The notes under the pieces: model-generated
The model's database searches: none
Told to the model about the DNA's origin: nothing
The model's input: the letters and a program-made list of their open reading frames with translations, nothing else
In this document: positions 37,916 through 47,184 of the stretch, piece after piece
Layout of the letters: every line of letters begins with the position of its first letter
How positions within the stretch are numbered: the first letter of the stretch is position 1
Position numbers and translations under genes: made by a program
NCBI GenBank assembly: GCA_020852295.1
Contig: JADZBC010000016.1
Coordinates: 294-64,293 of the forward strand
Source: a bacterium
GTDB lineage: Bacteria > Patescibacteriota > Saccharimonadia > CAILAD01 > JADZBC01
DNA: 64,000 nt
Direction: 5' to 3'

Positions 37916-39034
37916 TTATTTCGAGTCAGCCTTCACCTCAACACTTATCAGATGAACGTAGCCCTTCCAGTTGCCCTCATCGCGATAGTACGAGATCGAG
38001 AGAGTATTGTCTTTGCTTAATTCAGGGTGCAAATAGGCGGCATATATGCCACTTGGCGCCGTGTAGGCCGTCACAGGGGTCGACCAGGGCCCTTCTGGGC
38101 GCTGCGCAGTACGCAGCTCTATAATTTTCGAGAATGCTGGTACCTTGACCGACACATAGGACTTGAGCGACTCACTGTACATCACCGAGAAGCCAGATGT
38201 AGAGCCAGGCACGACAGCCTTGGACTGAGCAAGGTCGGCAACCCAAGCACTACCCGTCCAAAAACTATACTTGTCCCGATTGAGGATATCCCCCGTCCTA
38301 ACTCGCGCTACCCGACAATATGACTCCAGGCTGCCAGCCACAATGTCGCAGCCATACAGGTAGGTGTAACCATCACGCTGTACATAGGCATGCTCAAACC
38401 TAGTTCCCTTCCCCGTAAAAAGATTGTCAACCAATCGATCTGCCTTAGTCTCGCCCGCTCGCACGCGCGCAACACCAGTGCCAATACCCTCGTAATTGAG
38501 ATAGCCTGGGTGCACCTTGAGCCGATCATAGAAAACAAGTGCGCTGTCTTTTGACTCGGGCACCATGAATCCAGGCCAGATGGCGTAGCGCTCATCTGGT
38601 TTACCGCTCGCCCGGTTGTAAGCGAGCTCCTCGGCATTAAAGTCTATAAACTGATACGGAACCCCGTTCTTGTCGAGCGGCTCTGAGAGCTGCGTAGGGT
38701 TGGCATATGTGCTGTAAGCGGCGGTGTTAGAGCGTCCATTACTCTTATCATCTACCGACTTACGAGCAAAGAGCGTATCGCCAAACATCCAGAGGATTTT
38801 GTCACCCAGCGGAACGCTGGCGCCGCCGTCTCGAAGTATGTAGCCCGTACTCGGATTGGTAAGCTCACCCACCTCGGCAACGTTGACGACAGATAGCTGC
38901 GGGGGCTTAGGGGTGATAAAAGCCGAGACAAACGAATAGGCCCCCGCCAAAACGACGAGCAGAAACAATCCACCAAGTGCAACCTGCTTACGAAGCGACT
39001 GCTTATTCATGCGTGCAGTATAGCGCATCTTCAC
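37916..39034 (-). CDS. Membrane-anchored DUF4185-like (sialidase/beta-propeller-like) protein
   Basis: N-terminal TM anchor, then the KILWMFGDT motif characteristic of DUF4185, a family found mainly in Actinobacteria; about 53% GC. Confidence 0.5.
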   Translation of the reverse strand: MKMRYTARMNKQSLRKQVALGGLFLLVVLAGAYSFVSAFITPKPPQLSVVNVAEVGELTNPSTGYILRDGGASVPLGDKILWMFGDTLFARKSVDDKSNGRSNTAAYSTYANPTQLSEPLDKNGVPYQFIDFNAEELAYNRASGKPDERYAIWPGFMVPESKDSALVFYDRLKVHPGYLNYEGIGTGVARVRAGETKADRLVDNLFTGKGTRFEHAYVQRDGYTYLYGCDIVAGSLESYCRVARVRTGDILNRDKYSFWTGSAWVADLAQSKAVVPGSTSGFSVMYSESLKSYVSVKVPAFSKIIELRTAQRPEGPWSTPVTAYTAPSGIYAAYLHPELSKDNTLSISYYRDEGNWKGYVHLISVEVKADSK

Positions 39035-39110
39035 TGATTATCCTATTACAAACATTGACAATTAACCATAATAATGTTAATATAATAGCCCATCGATCAA
39101 GGAGGTGCGC

Positions 39111-39371
39111 GTGCAAATCACGCTTCCCCAGATGTTCATCGCGCTCGGCGCCTGCATGGTGTTGTGCCTGATCGGCCTGCTGCTCGTGCACTACGAGCTG
39201 TTGCGCCGGCGGCGCGCCAAGAGCGATCCACTAGTGCGCGGCATTCGTGTCAGCAAGGGCGAGGCTGCCTACGTGCAGACTGTTGAAAACACCCTGCTCG
39301 GCATCGAGTACCTGGTCCACCTCTTCAACGAGGCACCCTGGATGAAGGCCCGCAAGAACAAGCGTCGATGA
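39111..39371 (+). CDS. Small high-GC membrane protein (GTG start, strong SD AAGGAGG)
   Basis: AAGGAGG lies 8 nt upstream of the GTG at 39111; one TM helix (FIALGACMVLCLIGLLLV) and a basic tail; about 62% GC. Confidence 0.45.
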   Translation: MQITLPQMFIALGACMVLCLIGLLLVHYELLRRRRAKSDPLVRGIRVSKGEAAYVQTVENTLLGIEYLVHLFNEAPWMKARKNKRR

Positions 39372-39440
39372 ACCCCCGGATCCCCGAAAGGAGCAATCCA
39401 CAGGGTGATCCGGGCACCCACAGCAATCATTACAAAAAAA

Positions 39441-39463
39441 GAGCCCCCGGGGGCTCTTTTTTT
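39441..39463. terminator. Bidirectional rho-independent terminator
   Basis: GAGCCCCCGGGGGCTC palindrome flanked by an A-run upstream and a T-run downstream; lies between convergent genes. Confidence 0.6.
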
Positions 39464-39466
39464 GTA

Positions 39467-40543
39467 CTAGATCTTGATATATTCGGCTATCTTAGCCTTG
39501 CTACGCTGATCCTTGAGCCAACTATCGAGGTCGGTCGCCTTGATAAGTATCTGCGAGATACGGACCTGATCATCTTTCTTTTCGGTAACCTTAATGATGT
39601 GGTAACCGTACTGGGTCTTGATAATGTCGCTGTATTTACCAACTTCCAGCTTAAAGGCAGCGTCTTCGAGCTCAGGAACTCCGAGCTGACCACGGCCCAC
39701 AAAACCGAGATCACCACCGTTACTCGCGTAGCCATCAGTTGAAGTCTTTTTGGCAAGTTCGGCAAAGTCCGCACCAGACCCAAGCTGCTTGAGGACATCA
39801 TCGGCCTGCTTCTTGGCAGTCGCGTTGAGCTTGTCATCTTTCACGATCTTGTCGCCAAGCTTTTGCTGCAAGATTCCATCGCGAATCTTGTCTTTGAAGT
39901 CAGCTACCGTCCAGCCATAAAGTTTGTCTAGAGTTGTTTTTACTTTGTCTGGACCACCTGCTTCTTTGACGATGTTGTTGTACTGATCTTCGATCTCTTT
40001 TTGAGAAACAGTAATACTATACTTACGTGCGCCCTGGGCGTAGATGATGTTGTTTTCGAGACGCGTCAGGATCTCCTTCTTCATTTTGGCAAGCTGTTCT
40101 TTGCCTTCTTTTGAGTTGAGGTCAGTGCCCTGGTACTGCAAGTATTTTTTGATTGAGTTTACTTCAAAAAGATACTGTCGATAGGTTGCGACGTTCCACA
40201 GTACGCTACCGTTGACGCTCACTACTGGATACGGCACGATCATGGCAGCGATCTCAACGGCTCGGCTCTCGCTCTTATTCTTGTAAATGAGTACACCAAA
40301 AGTCACGAGCGTTACTACCAGCGCCGCCAATGCCCCGACACCGATAATCACTGCAAGCTTTTTGTTTGGTTCACGCTTCACTCCAAGCTTTTTGAGCCGC
40401 TCTGAAAAACCCGGCTTTGTAGGGGTCTCAACTTTAGCAGCAGCTGGCTTTGTAGTCTTAGCTGGAGTCGATTTTGTAGTAGCTTTGACTGGCTTCTTGG
40501 CTGAGGTTGATTTTGGTTTTTTACTATCTGATGCGGTGGCCAT
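39467..40543 (-). CDS. Membrane-anchored parvulin-type peptidyl-prolyl isomerase (PrsA/SurA-like foldase)
   Basis: Lys/Ala/Thr-rich N-terminus, TM anchor and a C-terminal PpiC domain ([44 protein letters not shown]). Confidence 0.7.
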   Translation of the reverse strand: MATASDSKKPKSTSAKKPVKATTKSTPAKTTKPAAAKVETPTKPGFSERLKKLGVKREPNKKLAVIIGVGALAALVVTLVTFGVLIYKNKSESRAVEIAAMIVPYPVVSVNGSVLWNVATYRQYLFEVNSIKKYLQYQGTDLNSKEGKEQLAKMKKEILTRLENNIIYAQGARKYSITVSQKEIEDQYNNIVKEAGGPDKVKTTLDKLYGWTVADFKDKIRDGILQQKLGDKIVKDDKLNATAKKQADDVLKQLGSGADFAELAKKTSTDGYASNGGDLGFVGRGQLGVPELEDAAFKLEVGKYSDIIKTQYGYHIIKVTEKKDDQVRISQILIKATDLDSWLKDQRSKAKIAEYIKI

Positions 40544-40578
40544 ATTTCTTCCTCTTAGATTTCATGCTCTATCATATA

Positions 40579-41136
40579 CTACCTGGTTGGGTGTGTCGAA
40601 TCAAAAGCCTGAACGGCATCAAGAATCTTCTGCTGAAACTTGGCTGGTCGGTGTACAAAGTCCATATTGAATCCGCCACTTCCAGAAAGCGTTTCAACCA
40701 CAACATCGCCATAACCGAAAGCGGAAGCCTGAAAGCCGTCGATTTTATAGTTAACGCTCTGAATATTGTTGAGTGCAAGGTCAGACACTGACCTTCGGAA
40801 GAACCCGCGCTGGGTAATAACGGTCAGCTTTGTTGAAGTCAGCAGATAAATGCTATAGTACCAACCGACCCACTCGCGCAGCCAGTACCACGCCAAAACA
40901 GCGAAAGCCACAAACATCCAGTTGTAAGCCATACCGAGCCAGTCCGCTCCAGTATTCATAGCAAATGCCCACGGAATCATACCTACTAGTATAATGAGCA
41001 TGCCATGTATTAAGGGCCAGCGCATGACCACCGGAAAACGACGAACGACGGCAATTACGTCTTCGTCACTGTCTTGTTGATGTTGTCGCTTTGTTACGTC
41101 GCGCTTAACTGGTCGATCCATAACTACATTGTACAA
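40579..41136 (-). CDS. Bacterial PH-domain (bPH_2/YdbT-like) membrane protein
   Basis: Two TM helices followed by a PH-like domain of about 80 aa, the typical DUF304 layout. Confidence 0.5.
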   Translation of the reverse strand: MYNVVMDRPVKRDVTKRQHQQDSDEDVIAVVRRFPVVMRWPLIHGMLIILVGMIPWAFAMNTGADWLGMAYNWMFVAFAVLAWYWLREWVGWYYSIYLLTSTKLTVITQRGFFRRSVSDLALNNIQSVNYKIDGFQASAFGYGDVVVETLSGSGGFNMDFVHRPAKFQQKILDAVQAFDSTHPTR

Positions 41137-41211
41137 TAATTCAGATCCTAAAGCGGAAACCCGACCGTCGTTGGTCGGGCTGGTGGCAATATGAAACCGC
41201 CATGTCCGCTT

Positions 41212-41688
41212 TTACAGGTGCCACTCGTAGTAGATCTTGTCTCCCTTCTGCTCGATGACGACCCGGTCCGAAGAGCGCGGCAGCTCTCGGATATCTGCCT
41301 GACACAGCCGTACAGACTCACGAGCCATCCGACTCGTGTAACTGTAGACACGTTCCGCAGAACGACCTCTGGTATAAAGCGTGATGCGCTTCTGCGCCAG
41401 ATAGTCGAGCAGCTGCTTGATGGCCGCCGTCTTGCTCGTTGCCAGTATCCAGAAGTACTCTTCGCGCCCTGAGTTGATGGCAAGCAAGTAGTACTGCTCG
41501 GTTCGGACCCGAGTTGGGTGCCGCGACCGCGCAGCCTGGACTTCCTCGGGCTCTGGCACGAGCTCGAGCCACGGCTCGTCAAAGTCGAGATCGCTGACGT
41601 CTTCGTCGCACGCAGGGCAGATCGTCGTCTCGGGAGAGATCGACGCCCCACAGTTTAGACAACGGTACATAGGACGGATCACCTCCAC
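41212..41688 (-). CDS. Hypothetical zinc-ribbon protein in a high-GC segment beside tRNA-Arg
   Basis: CLNCG...CPAC N-terminal zinc ribbon; about 57% GC. Preferred over the overlapping R/S-rich alternative frame (41148..41651). Confidence 0.45.
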   Translation of the reverse strand: MEVIRPMYRCLNCGASISPETTICPACDEDVSDLDFDEPWLELVPEPEEVQAARSRHPTRVRTEQYYLLAINSGREEYFWILATSKTAAIKQLLDYLAQKRITLYTRGRSAERVYSYTSRMARESVRLCQADIRELPRSSDRVVIEQKGDKIYYEWHL

Positions 41689-41781
41689 TACACTTGTAAA
41701 GCTACGGACGCCCCAAAACTACAATCATAAGTAATTTATGTCAAGCTGATATCTTACACTTTGGTATAATAGTCTTGCCCT

Positions 41782-41857
41782 ACCCCGGTAGCTCAGTGGA
41801 TAGAGCGTCTCCGTCCTAAGGAGAGCGTCGGGGGTTCGATTCCCTCCCGGGGTACCA
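41782..41857 (+). tRNA. tRNA-Arg (anticodon CCT), CCA encoded
   Basis: Cloverleaf ACCCCGG/CCGGGGT, anticodon stem TCTCC/GGAGA, loop GTCCTAA, T-loop TTCGATT; 76 nt. Confidence 0.8.
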
Positions 41858-41861
41858 AAAA

Positions 41862-41890
41862 ACACTCCATTATTAGAGTGTTTTTCTTTT
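41862..41890. terminator. Bidirectional terminator between tRNA-Arg and ndk
   Basis: Hairpin ACACTC-CATTATTA-GAGTGT with an A-run upstream and a TTTTCTTTTT run downstream. Confidence 0.55.
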
Positions 41891-41899
41891 TCGGACGAT

Positions 41900-42427
41900 C
41901 TATCCTTCCGAGCGGGGCTGGGTGTAGGCTTCGTGGAGCGTAGTATACTCAAAGAGTTCTGACTCAGCAAACCAGTGAGCGATTTCCTGCTTGGCTTCAT
42001 CGGCATCACCAGAGGCGTGAATAAGGTTTGGAATGCCAATCTTTTGGGCATCACCGTGCGCATAGCTCATGTGGGCATAGTCACCACGAATCGTGCCTGG
42101 TTCAGCTGATTTTGGCTCGGTACCACCAACCATCTTACGTACCAGGCTGGCCGCTTCAATGCCCTCGAGCACCATTGCCAGCACTGGTCCGCGATTCATA
42201 AACTTGAGCGTCGCATCAAACACTTCCTCACCGCGACGCGACACCATCTTGCCGATCGTCTCGTAGTGATGATAGTAGTCATCACGACTCGGCTGGATCA
42301 TTTTGGCGCCGACTATCTTCAGACCAACTTTTTCAAATCGGTTTACAATCTCACCAACGATGCCGCGCTGCAAAGCATCTGGTTTGAGGATAATTAGTGT
42401 CTGTTCAACTGTCTCTGGCTTACTCAT
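41900..42427 (-). CDS. ndk: Nucleoside diphosphate kinase
   Basis: TLIILKPDALQRGIVGEIVNRFEKVGLKIVGAKM and the active-site NLIHASGD motif. Confidence 0.85.
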   Translation of the reverse strand: MSKPETVEQTLIILKPDALQRGIVGEIVNRFEKVGLKIVGAKMIQPSRDDYYHHYETIGKMVSRRGEEVFDATLKFMNRGPVLAMVLEGIEAASLVRKMVGGTEPKSAEPGTIRGDYAHMSYAHGDAQKIGIPNLIHASGDADEAKQEIAHWFAESELFEYTTLHEAYTQPRSEG

Positions 42428-42436
42428 ATCTTCTCC

Positions 42437-43717
42437 TTATTGGGTAATCAATTTTTCGTACTTGGCCTTAGCTGAATCATCAAACGGGCCAATCATCGCC
42501 AAACGCAGATTATCCTTCGCAAGATAATTCTGAGCGACGCGCGCCACATCTGCAGCAGTAACGGCATCTATTTTACGAAGCATTTGCTCGAGCGTCCAGA
42601 TCTTTCCGGTCAAAATAAGATCCGTCCCCATGTCATCCGCAACCGAAAAGTTATTTTCGAGGCCCATAATCATCCGGCCCTTTACCTGCTCGACTGCTTT
42701 TTGTAGCTCGGCACTTGGCACTGGCTCGTCAATGATTTTCTTGAGCTCCTCGCCGATCGCCACAAGCGCCTGCTCGGCCTTGTCTTTATTGACCCCAGCA
42801 TAGATCTCAAACTTACCACTATCGACAAAACCATTGCCGGTCGAGTAAATGGTGTAAGCCAAACCTTTGCGCTCACGGACATTGAGAAATAGTCGTGAGC
42901 TCATACCCCCGCCCAAAATGGCCGACATAACACGCATCGGTGCTTCGTCCTCACTCTCGAGTATCGCGCCTCGAGCACAAACCACCATGTGCACCTGGTT
43001 GGTGTCCTGGTTCACAATGTTTGACCGCTGGTCGGATATTCCACCTTTGATGTGTTCGTAGCCACGACTCGCTTTGGTCTGTAGCTCGCCCAATTTAGCT
43101 TGGGCGGCAGCCACTACATCAGCGTGCTCAACATTGCCCGCCACCGAGACAACCATGTTATCGACCGTATAGAGCGACTTGTAGTAGTCAGCGATGGTCG
43201 AGCGCTGCATGCCGGTAATGATCTCAGCTGTACCAATCACATTGGTGCGCAGCGTGTCCTCAGGCCAAAGCAGATCGCCTACCAGATCAAACACAAAGCG
43301 TGCCGGATCGTCTTTATACACATTCATCTCTTCGAGGATCACGCCTCGTTCGCGCTCGATCTCATCGGGGTCAAACAGTGGATCGGTCAGGATGTCACTG
43401 AGGATATCAAAGGCCAATGTAAAATGCTGCTTGGGTAGCTTGATGTAGTAGGCCGTGTGATCTTCCGTCGTATAGGCGTTCATCAGCCCGCCAACGCTAT
43501 CGACCTCTTCGGCAATGATTTTGGCCGAGGGTCGCTTGGTTGTGCCCTTGAAGAGCAAGTGCTCGAGAAAATGCGCCGCGCCATACTCGGTGGTCATATC
43601 TTCGTAGCGACCGCCCGCCCCTACATAAAATCCAATCGTAACCGAGTCGTTATCTTCCATGCGTCGTGTTACTACGCGCAATCCGTTACTAAGCTTTTCA
43701 ATCTGATGTTTGGTCAT
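42437..43717 (-). CDS. M16-family (insulinase/pitrilysin-like) zinc peptidase
   Basis: Inverted zinc motif HFLEHLLFKGT (HxxEH) and the downstream conserved Glu region. Confidence 0.8.
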   Translation of the reverse strand: MTKHQIEKLSNGLRVVTRRMEDNDSVTIGFYVGAGGRYEDMTTEYGAAHFLEHLLFKGTTKRPSAKIIAEEVDSVGGLMNAYTTEDHTAYYIKLPKQHFTLAFDILSDILTDPLFDPDEIERERGVILEEMNVYKDDPARFVFDLVGDLLWPEDTLRTNVIGTAEIITGMQRSTIADYYKSLYTVDNMVVSVAGNVEHADVVAAAQAKLGELQTKASRGYEHIKGGISDQRSNIVNQDTNQVHMVVCARGAILESEDEAPMRVMSAILGGGMSSRLFLNVRERKGLAYTIYSTGNGFVDSGKFEIYAGVNKDKAEQALVAIGEELKKIIDEPVPSAELQKAVEQVKGRMIMGLENNFSVADDMGTDLILTGKIWTLEQMLRKIDAVTAADVARVAQNYLAKDNLRLAMIGPFDDSAKAKYEKLITQ

Positions 43718-44331
43718 TTTGTATCCTTTTTACTGTTCATTTTTCTGCCGACGAACCTGACGAGGAAAAGTACTACTGCCAATATTACCAAATAGTCGAC
43801 GTAGTGGAGGTATTCATAATAATCACGCCAGCTCTCGCCGAGTGCGTAGCCAAGGCTCACGAAAACCGCCGACCAGACCAGCGAACCAAGAAATGTATCC
43901 CGTAAAAATACGCGGACATCCATCCCAAACGTGCCGGCCGGGAAACTAATAAAGGTACGGATCACTGGGGTGAGACGCGATATAAAGATAGCCTTACTGC
44001 CCCGTTTCTTAAACCACGCCTCGGCTTTCTCGTAGTCATGGGCCGATATCAGCAGGTACTTGCCATATTTCTTCACCAGCGGACCACCACCATACTTACC
44101 GATAGCATAAGCCAGTCCCGCACCAACAGTCTGCGCAAATGCCCCTAGAAGGATCACAATCCAGAAGTTAAACTTCCCAACCCGTGCCTGCGAGCCAGCG
44201 AGAGCCAGGACTGCCTCTGACGGGATCGGCACACCGCAGTTATCGACAATCAGTATGATCGTAATGCCCAAGTAGCCGATACGATCGATAAAACCAATGG
44301 CAAATTCAAGTAGACTGGCGGTCAAGTTCAA
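43714..44331 (-). CDS. DedA/SNARE-associated (TVP38) family membrane protein
   Basis: NCGVPIPSEAVLALAG DedA signature; overlaps the M16 gene. Confidence 0.7.
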   Translation of the reverse strand: MNLTASLLEFAIGFIDRIGYLGITIILIVDNCGVPIPSEAVLALAGSQARVGKFNFWIVILLGAFAQTVGAGLAYAIGKYGGGPLVKKYGKYLLISAHDYEKAEAWFKKRGSKAIFISRLTPVIRTFISFPAGTFGMDVRVFLRDTFLGSLVWSAVFVSLGYALGESWRDYYEYLHYVDYLVILAVVLFLVRFVGRKMNSKKDTK

Positions 44332-44358
44332 CGGCGCGCTTCCTGGTTAAAATGCTTG

Positions 44359-46233
44359 TTATAGTTTAGCAGTTTTGTTGTGGTGGTGGATAGCCACCAT
44401 CAGAATACTCAGATCGGCCGGCGTGATCCCCTGCACCAGCTCCGCCTGTGCGAGCGAGCTTGGGCGAACCTCCATGAGTCGCTCGCGCGCCTCATTGCGC
44501 AGGCCCTTAACCGTCTTGTAGTCAAGTTCGGCGGGGATTTTGTGAGTGCGGCGCTGCTGCAGCTTTTGCGCATCTCGCTGCTGCTTTGCAAAGTAACCAC
44601 TGTATTTGACCTCATTCTCAACACAACTCGCGATGTCGCTTGGCAAATGCTCGAGACCATATGCTTGGCAGGTAGCCGCAAAATCATGTTCCGGACGTGT
44701 GAGGTACTGATAAGCCGTTACCTTGCGACCATCGATCGTCTTACTACTCGTGTGAAGGAGTGCAATGTAGTCATCAATGGCGCGCTGCTTGGTTATTACC
44801 CGTTCGTAGGCGAGCCGCCCCAGCAAACCAAGCTTATAGCCATATTTACTGAGCCGTAGATCGGCATTGTCATTGCGCAGCAGCAAGCGAAACTCGGCAC
44901 GCGAAGTAAACATGCGATATGGCTCAACGTGGATTTTGGTTACCAAATCTTCAATTAATACACCGATATAACTTTCGCTTCGCTCGAGCGTGAATGGCTT
45001 TTTGCCGAGTGCCTTGCGAGCTGCATTTATACCTGATATGAGACCCTGGGCAGCTGCCTCTTCGTAGCCAGTTGTACCATTGAGTTGGCCCGCCAAAAAC
45101 AGATTTTGAACAACTTTTGTTTCCAATGTAAGACCGAGTTGATGTGGCATAAAAAAGTCATACACCACGGCATAGCCCGGTGCTAAAAACTTGGCATTTT
45201 CCAATCCCGGAATGGTGCGAATGATTTTTTCTTGTAGCTCAGCCGGAAACGCCAACGAACCACCCTGTATATACATACGCTCGCCATCAGGCCCGTCAGC
45301 TCGCCCCTCTGGCTCAATAAAGATCGGATGACGGCTCTTCTCCGGAAAATTAGCTACCTTGCGATCAAGTGATGGGCAGCTCCGTGGCGCGCGCTCGGTG
45401 ATGAGTCCTGAAAAAATCGGTGACTTTTTGAGGTTATCGAGAATAAGCTGGTGCGTCTTCTCGTTGGTATAGGTCAGATAGCAAGGTTCTTGCTCGCTGA
45501 GTGACATCAACTCTGTATCGGGATATGAGAAGCTCACTGCCCCACCACTCCCGGATGCCACTTCCATCTGATCATAATCAATGCTATCGCGAGCGATCCG
45601 TGGTGGTGTCCCGGTTTTTAACCGGCCCGACTTGAGTCCAAGCGCCAAGAGAGACTCGGTCAGGCCCTCACTTGCCTTCTCGTCCATTCGTCCACCCTTT
45701 TTGACCACCTCATCGCCGATGATAATCTCCCCATTGAGAAAAGTGCCACCACAGACCACGACAGCCTTGGTGTCAATCTCGCCTGTTTCAGCTGTTTTGA
45801 CGGCTTCTACGACGCCATTGGGCGCCACCACTGCCTTGACCTCATCCTGAAGCAGATCAAGCCCATCGGTGGTCATCAGCACCTCGAGCATATGCTCGTT
45901 GTAGAGCGTCTTATCGAGCTGGGCACGGTAGGCACGAACTGCCGGCCCTTTGCTGGTATTGAGCTGCTTGATCTGTATCGCGCTCTTGTCGGCCACCTCG
46001 GCCATAATGCCGCCAAGGGCACCTATTTCACGCACCAAGTGCCCCTTGCCAGGCCCACCGATGCTTGGATTACATGGCAAAGTCGCCACTTTCTGGAGAT
46101 TGGTGGTAATTAACAGGGTCTGGGCGCCAAGCTTGGCGGCGGCTACAGCGGCTTCACAGCCTGCATGACCAGCACCAACGACGATAACATCGTACATTTT
46201 ATCTGTTTGCATGACACTCATTATACTAGCCAC
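44359..46233 (-). CDS. mnmG: tRNA uridine-5-carboxymethylaminomethyl modification enzyme
   Basis: FAD-binding [24 protein letters not shown] and conserved MnmG core and C-terminal helical domain. Confidence 0.85.
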   Translation of the reverse strand: MASIMSVMQTDKMYDVIVVGAGHAGCEAAVAAAKLGAQTLLITTNLQKVATLPCNPSIGGPGKGHLVREIGALGGIMAEVADKSAIQIKQLNTSKGPAVRAYRAQLDKTLYNEHMLEVLMTTDGLDLLQDEVKAVVAPNGVVEAVKTAETGEIDTKAVVVCGGTFLNGEIIIGDEVVKKGGRMDEKASEGLTESLLALGLKSGRLKTGTPPRIARDSIDYDQMEVASGSGGAVSFSYPDTELMSLSEQEPCYLTYTNEKTHQLILDNLKKSPIFSGLITERAPRSCPSLDRKVANFPEKSRHPIFIEPEGRADGPDGERMYIQGGSLAFPAELQEKIIRTIPGLENAKFLAPGYAVVYDFFMPHQLGLTLETKVVQNLFLAGQLNGTTGYEEAAAQGLISGINAARKALGKKPFTLERSESYIGVLIEDLVTKIHVEPYRMFTSRAEFRLLLRNDNADLRLSKYGYKLGLLGRLAYERVITKQRAIDDYIALLHTSSKTIDGRKVTAYQYLTRPEHDFAATCQAYGLEHLPSDIASCVENEVKYSGYFAKQQRDAQKLQQRRTHKIPAELDYKTVKGLRNEARERLMEVRPSSLAQAELVQGITPADLSILMVAIHHHNKTAKL

Positions 46234-46271
46234 ACCTTGACCAACAAAATCGTAGCCCTTAAGCTTAAGGC

Positions 46272-47183
46272 ATGTTCTCCGAATACCTCAGTGATTTTTT
46301 GGACTATCTTGAAGTCGAGCGCGGCCGTAGCCTGAAGACAATCGAAAATTATTCGCACTATCTCAACCGTTTTATAGATTTTACAGATGACGTGCAGGTT
46401 AAAAAGATTGATGTTGAGCTGATCAGTAAATGGCGCCAGTGGCTCAATCGTCTCAAGCTTGAGGATGGCCGCGAGGTCAGCCGCACAACTCAAAACTATC
46501 ACCTGATCGCAATGCGGAGTTTTCTCAAATACCTAGCCAAGCGCAATATCCCCTCTTTAGGCCCCGAGAAGATTGAACTTGCCACCACCAAGCGCCCCCA
46601 AGTAAGCTTTCTGACTAAGGAAGAGATTGAGAGGCTCTTTAGTACGGTGGCCAATATTGAGTCCCCTATCGGACGGCGCGACTACGCCATCCTGAGTATG
46701 CTTTTTAGTACGGGCTTACGGGTATCCGAGCTTACTAATCTCAATGTCGAGAATATCAACCTACAGCGTGGCGAGTTTACCGTCCGTGGAAAGGGCCAAA
46801 AAGATCGACCTGTCTTCCTTACAAAAGGGGCAACAATCGCGCTTGAGCGGTACCTAGATGGTCGCCATGACAAGTATGAGCCACTTTTCATCCACTACAG
46901 CGGCAGCAAAAGTGAACTTGATGGGAACTACACCCGACTTACGCCCCGTAGTATCCAGCGCATCGTCGAGAAATACGCCAAGGCGGCCGGCATCACGAAG
47001 CATGTCACGCCACACACACTCCGACACTCTTTTGCGACCGACCTACTTATCAACGGTGCTGATCTTCGTAGCGTCCAGTCCCTCCTTGGACATAGCAATA
47101 TCGCTACGACACAGGTGTATACGCACTTGACCGACCCTCAGCTGCGTGAAGTTCACAAAAAGTTTCATTCAGATAACGAATAG
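46272..47183 (+). CDS. Tyrosine site-specific recombinase, XerC/XerD family
   Basis: R..HxxR..Y catalytic residues: [37 protein letters not shown]. Confidence 0.8.
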   Translation: MFSEYLSDFLDYLEVERGRSLKTIENYSHYLNRFIDFTDDVQVKKIDVELISKWRQWLNRLKLEDGREVSRTTQNYHLIAMRSFLKYLAKRNIPSLGPEKIELATTKRPQVSFLTKEEIERLFSTVANIESPIGRRDYAILSMLFSTGLRVSELTNLNVENINLQRGEFTVRGKGQKDRPVFLTKGATIALERYLDGRHDKYEPLFIHYSGSKSELDGNYTRLTPRSIQRIVEKYAKAAGITKHVTPHTLRHSFATDLLINGADLRSVQSLLGHSNIATTQVYTHLTDPQLREVHKKFHSDNE

Positions 47184-47184
47184 T

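Noticed and set aside
39368-39742. 124-aa plus-strand ORF
   Set aside because: It is antisense to the well-supported parvulin PPIase gene and spans the bidirectional terminator.
41148-41651. 167-aa R/S-rich ORF overlapping the zinc-ribbon gene in another frame
   Set aside because: Its low-complexity Arg/Ser composition is typical of an off-frame translation of high-GC coding DNA; the overlapping 41212..41688 frame gives a structured protein.
41725-42063. 112-aa minus-strand ORF
   Set aside because: It overlaps tRNA-Arg and the ndk terminator, and its tail is antisense to the ndk 3' end, so it is spurious.
46272-47183. Tyrosine recombinase as a marker of an integrated mobile element
   Set aside because: The sequence is XerC/XerD-like and sits beside mnmG, a common housekeeping position. 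No flanking repeats or phage/transposon genes are present, so it is treated as the chromosomal dimer-resolution recombinase.
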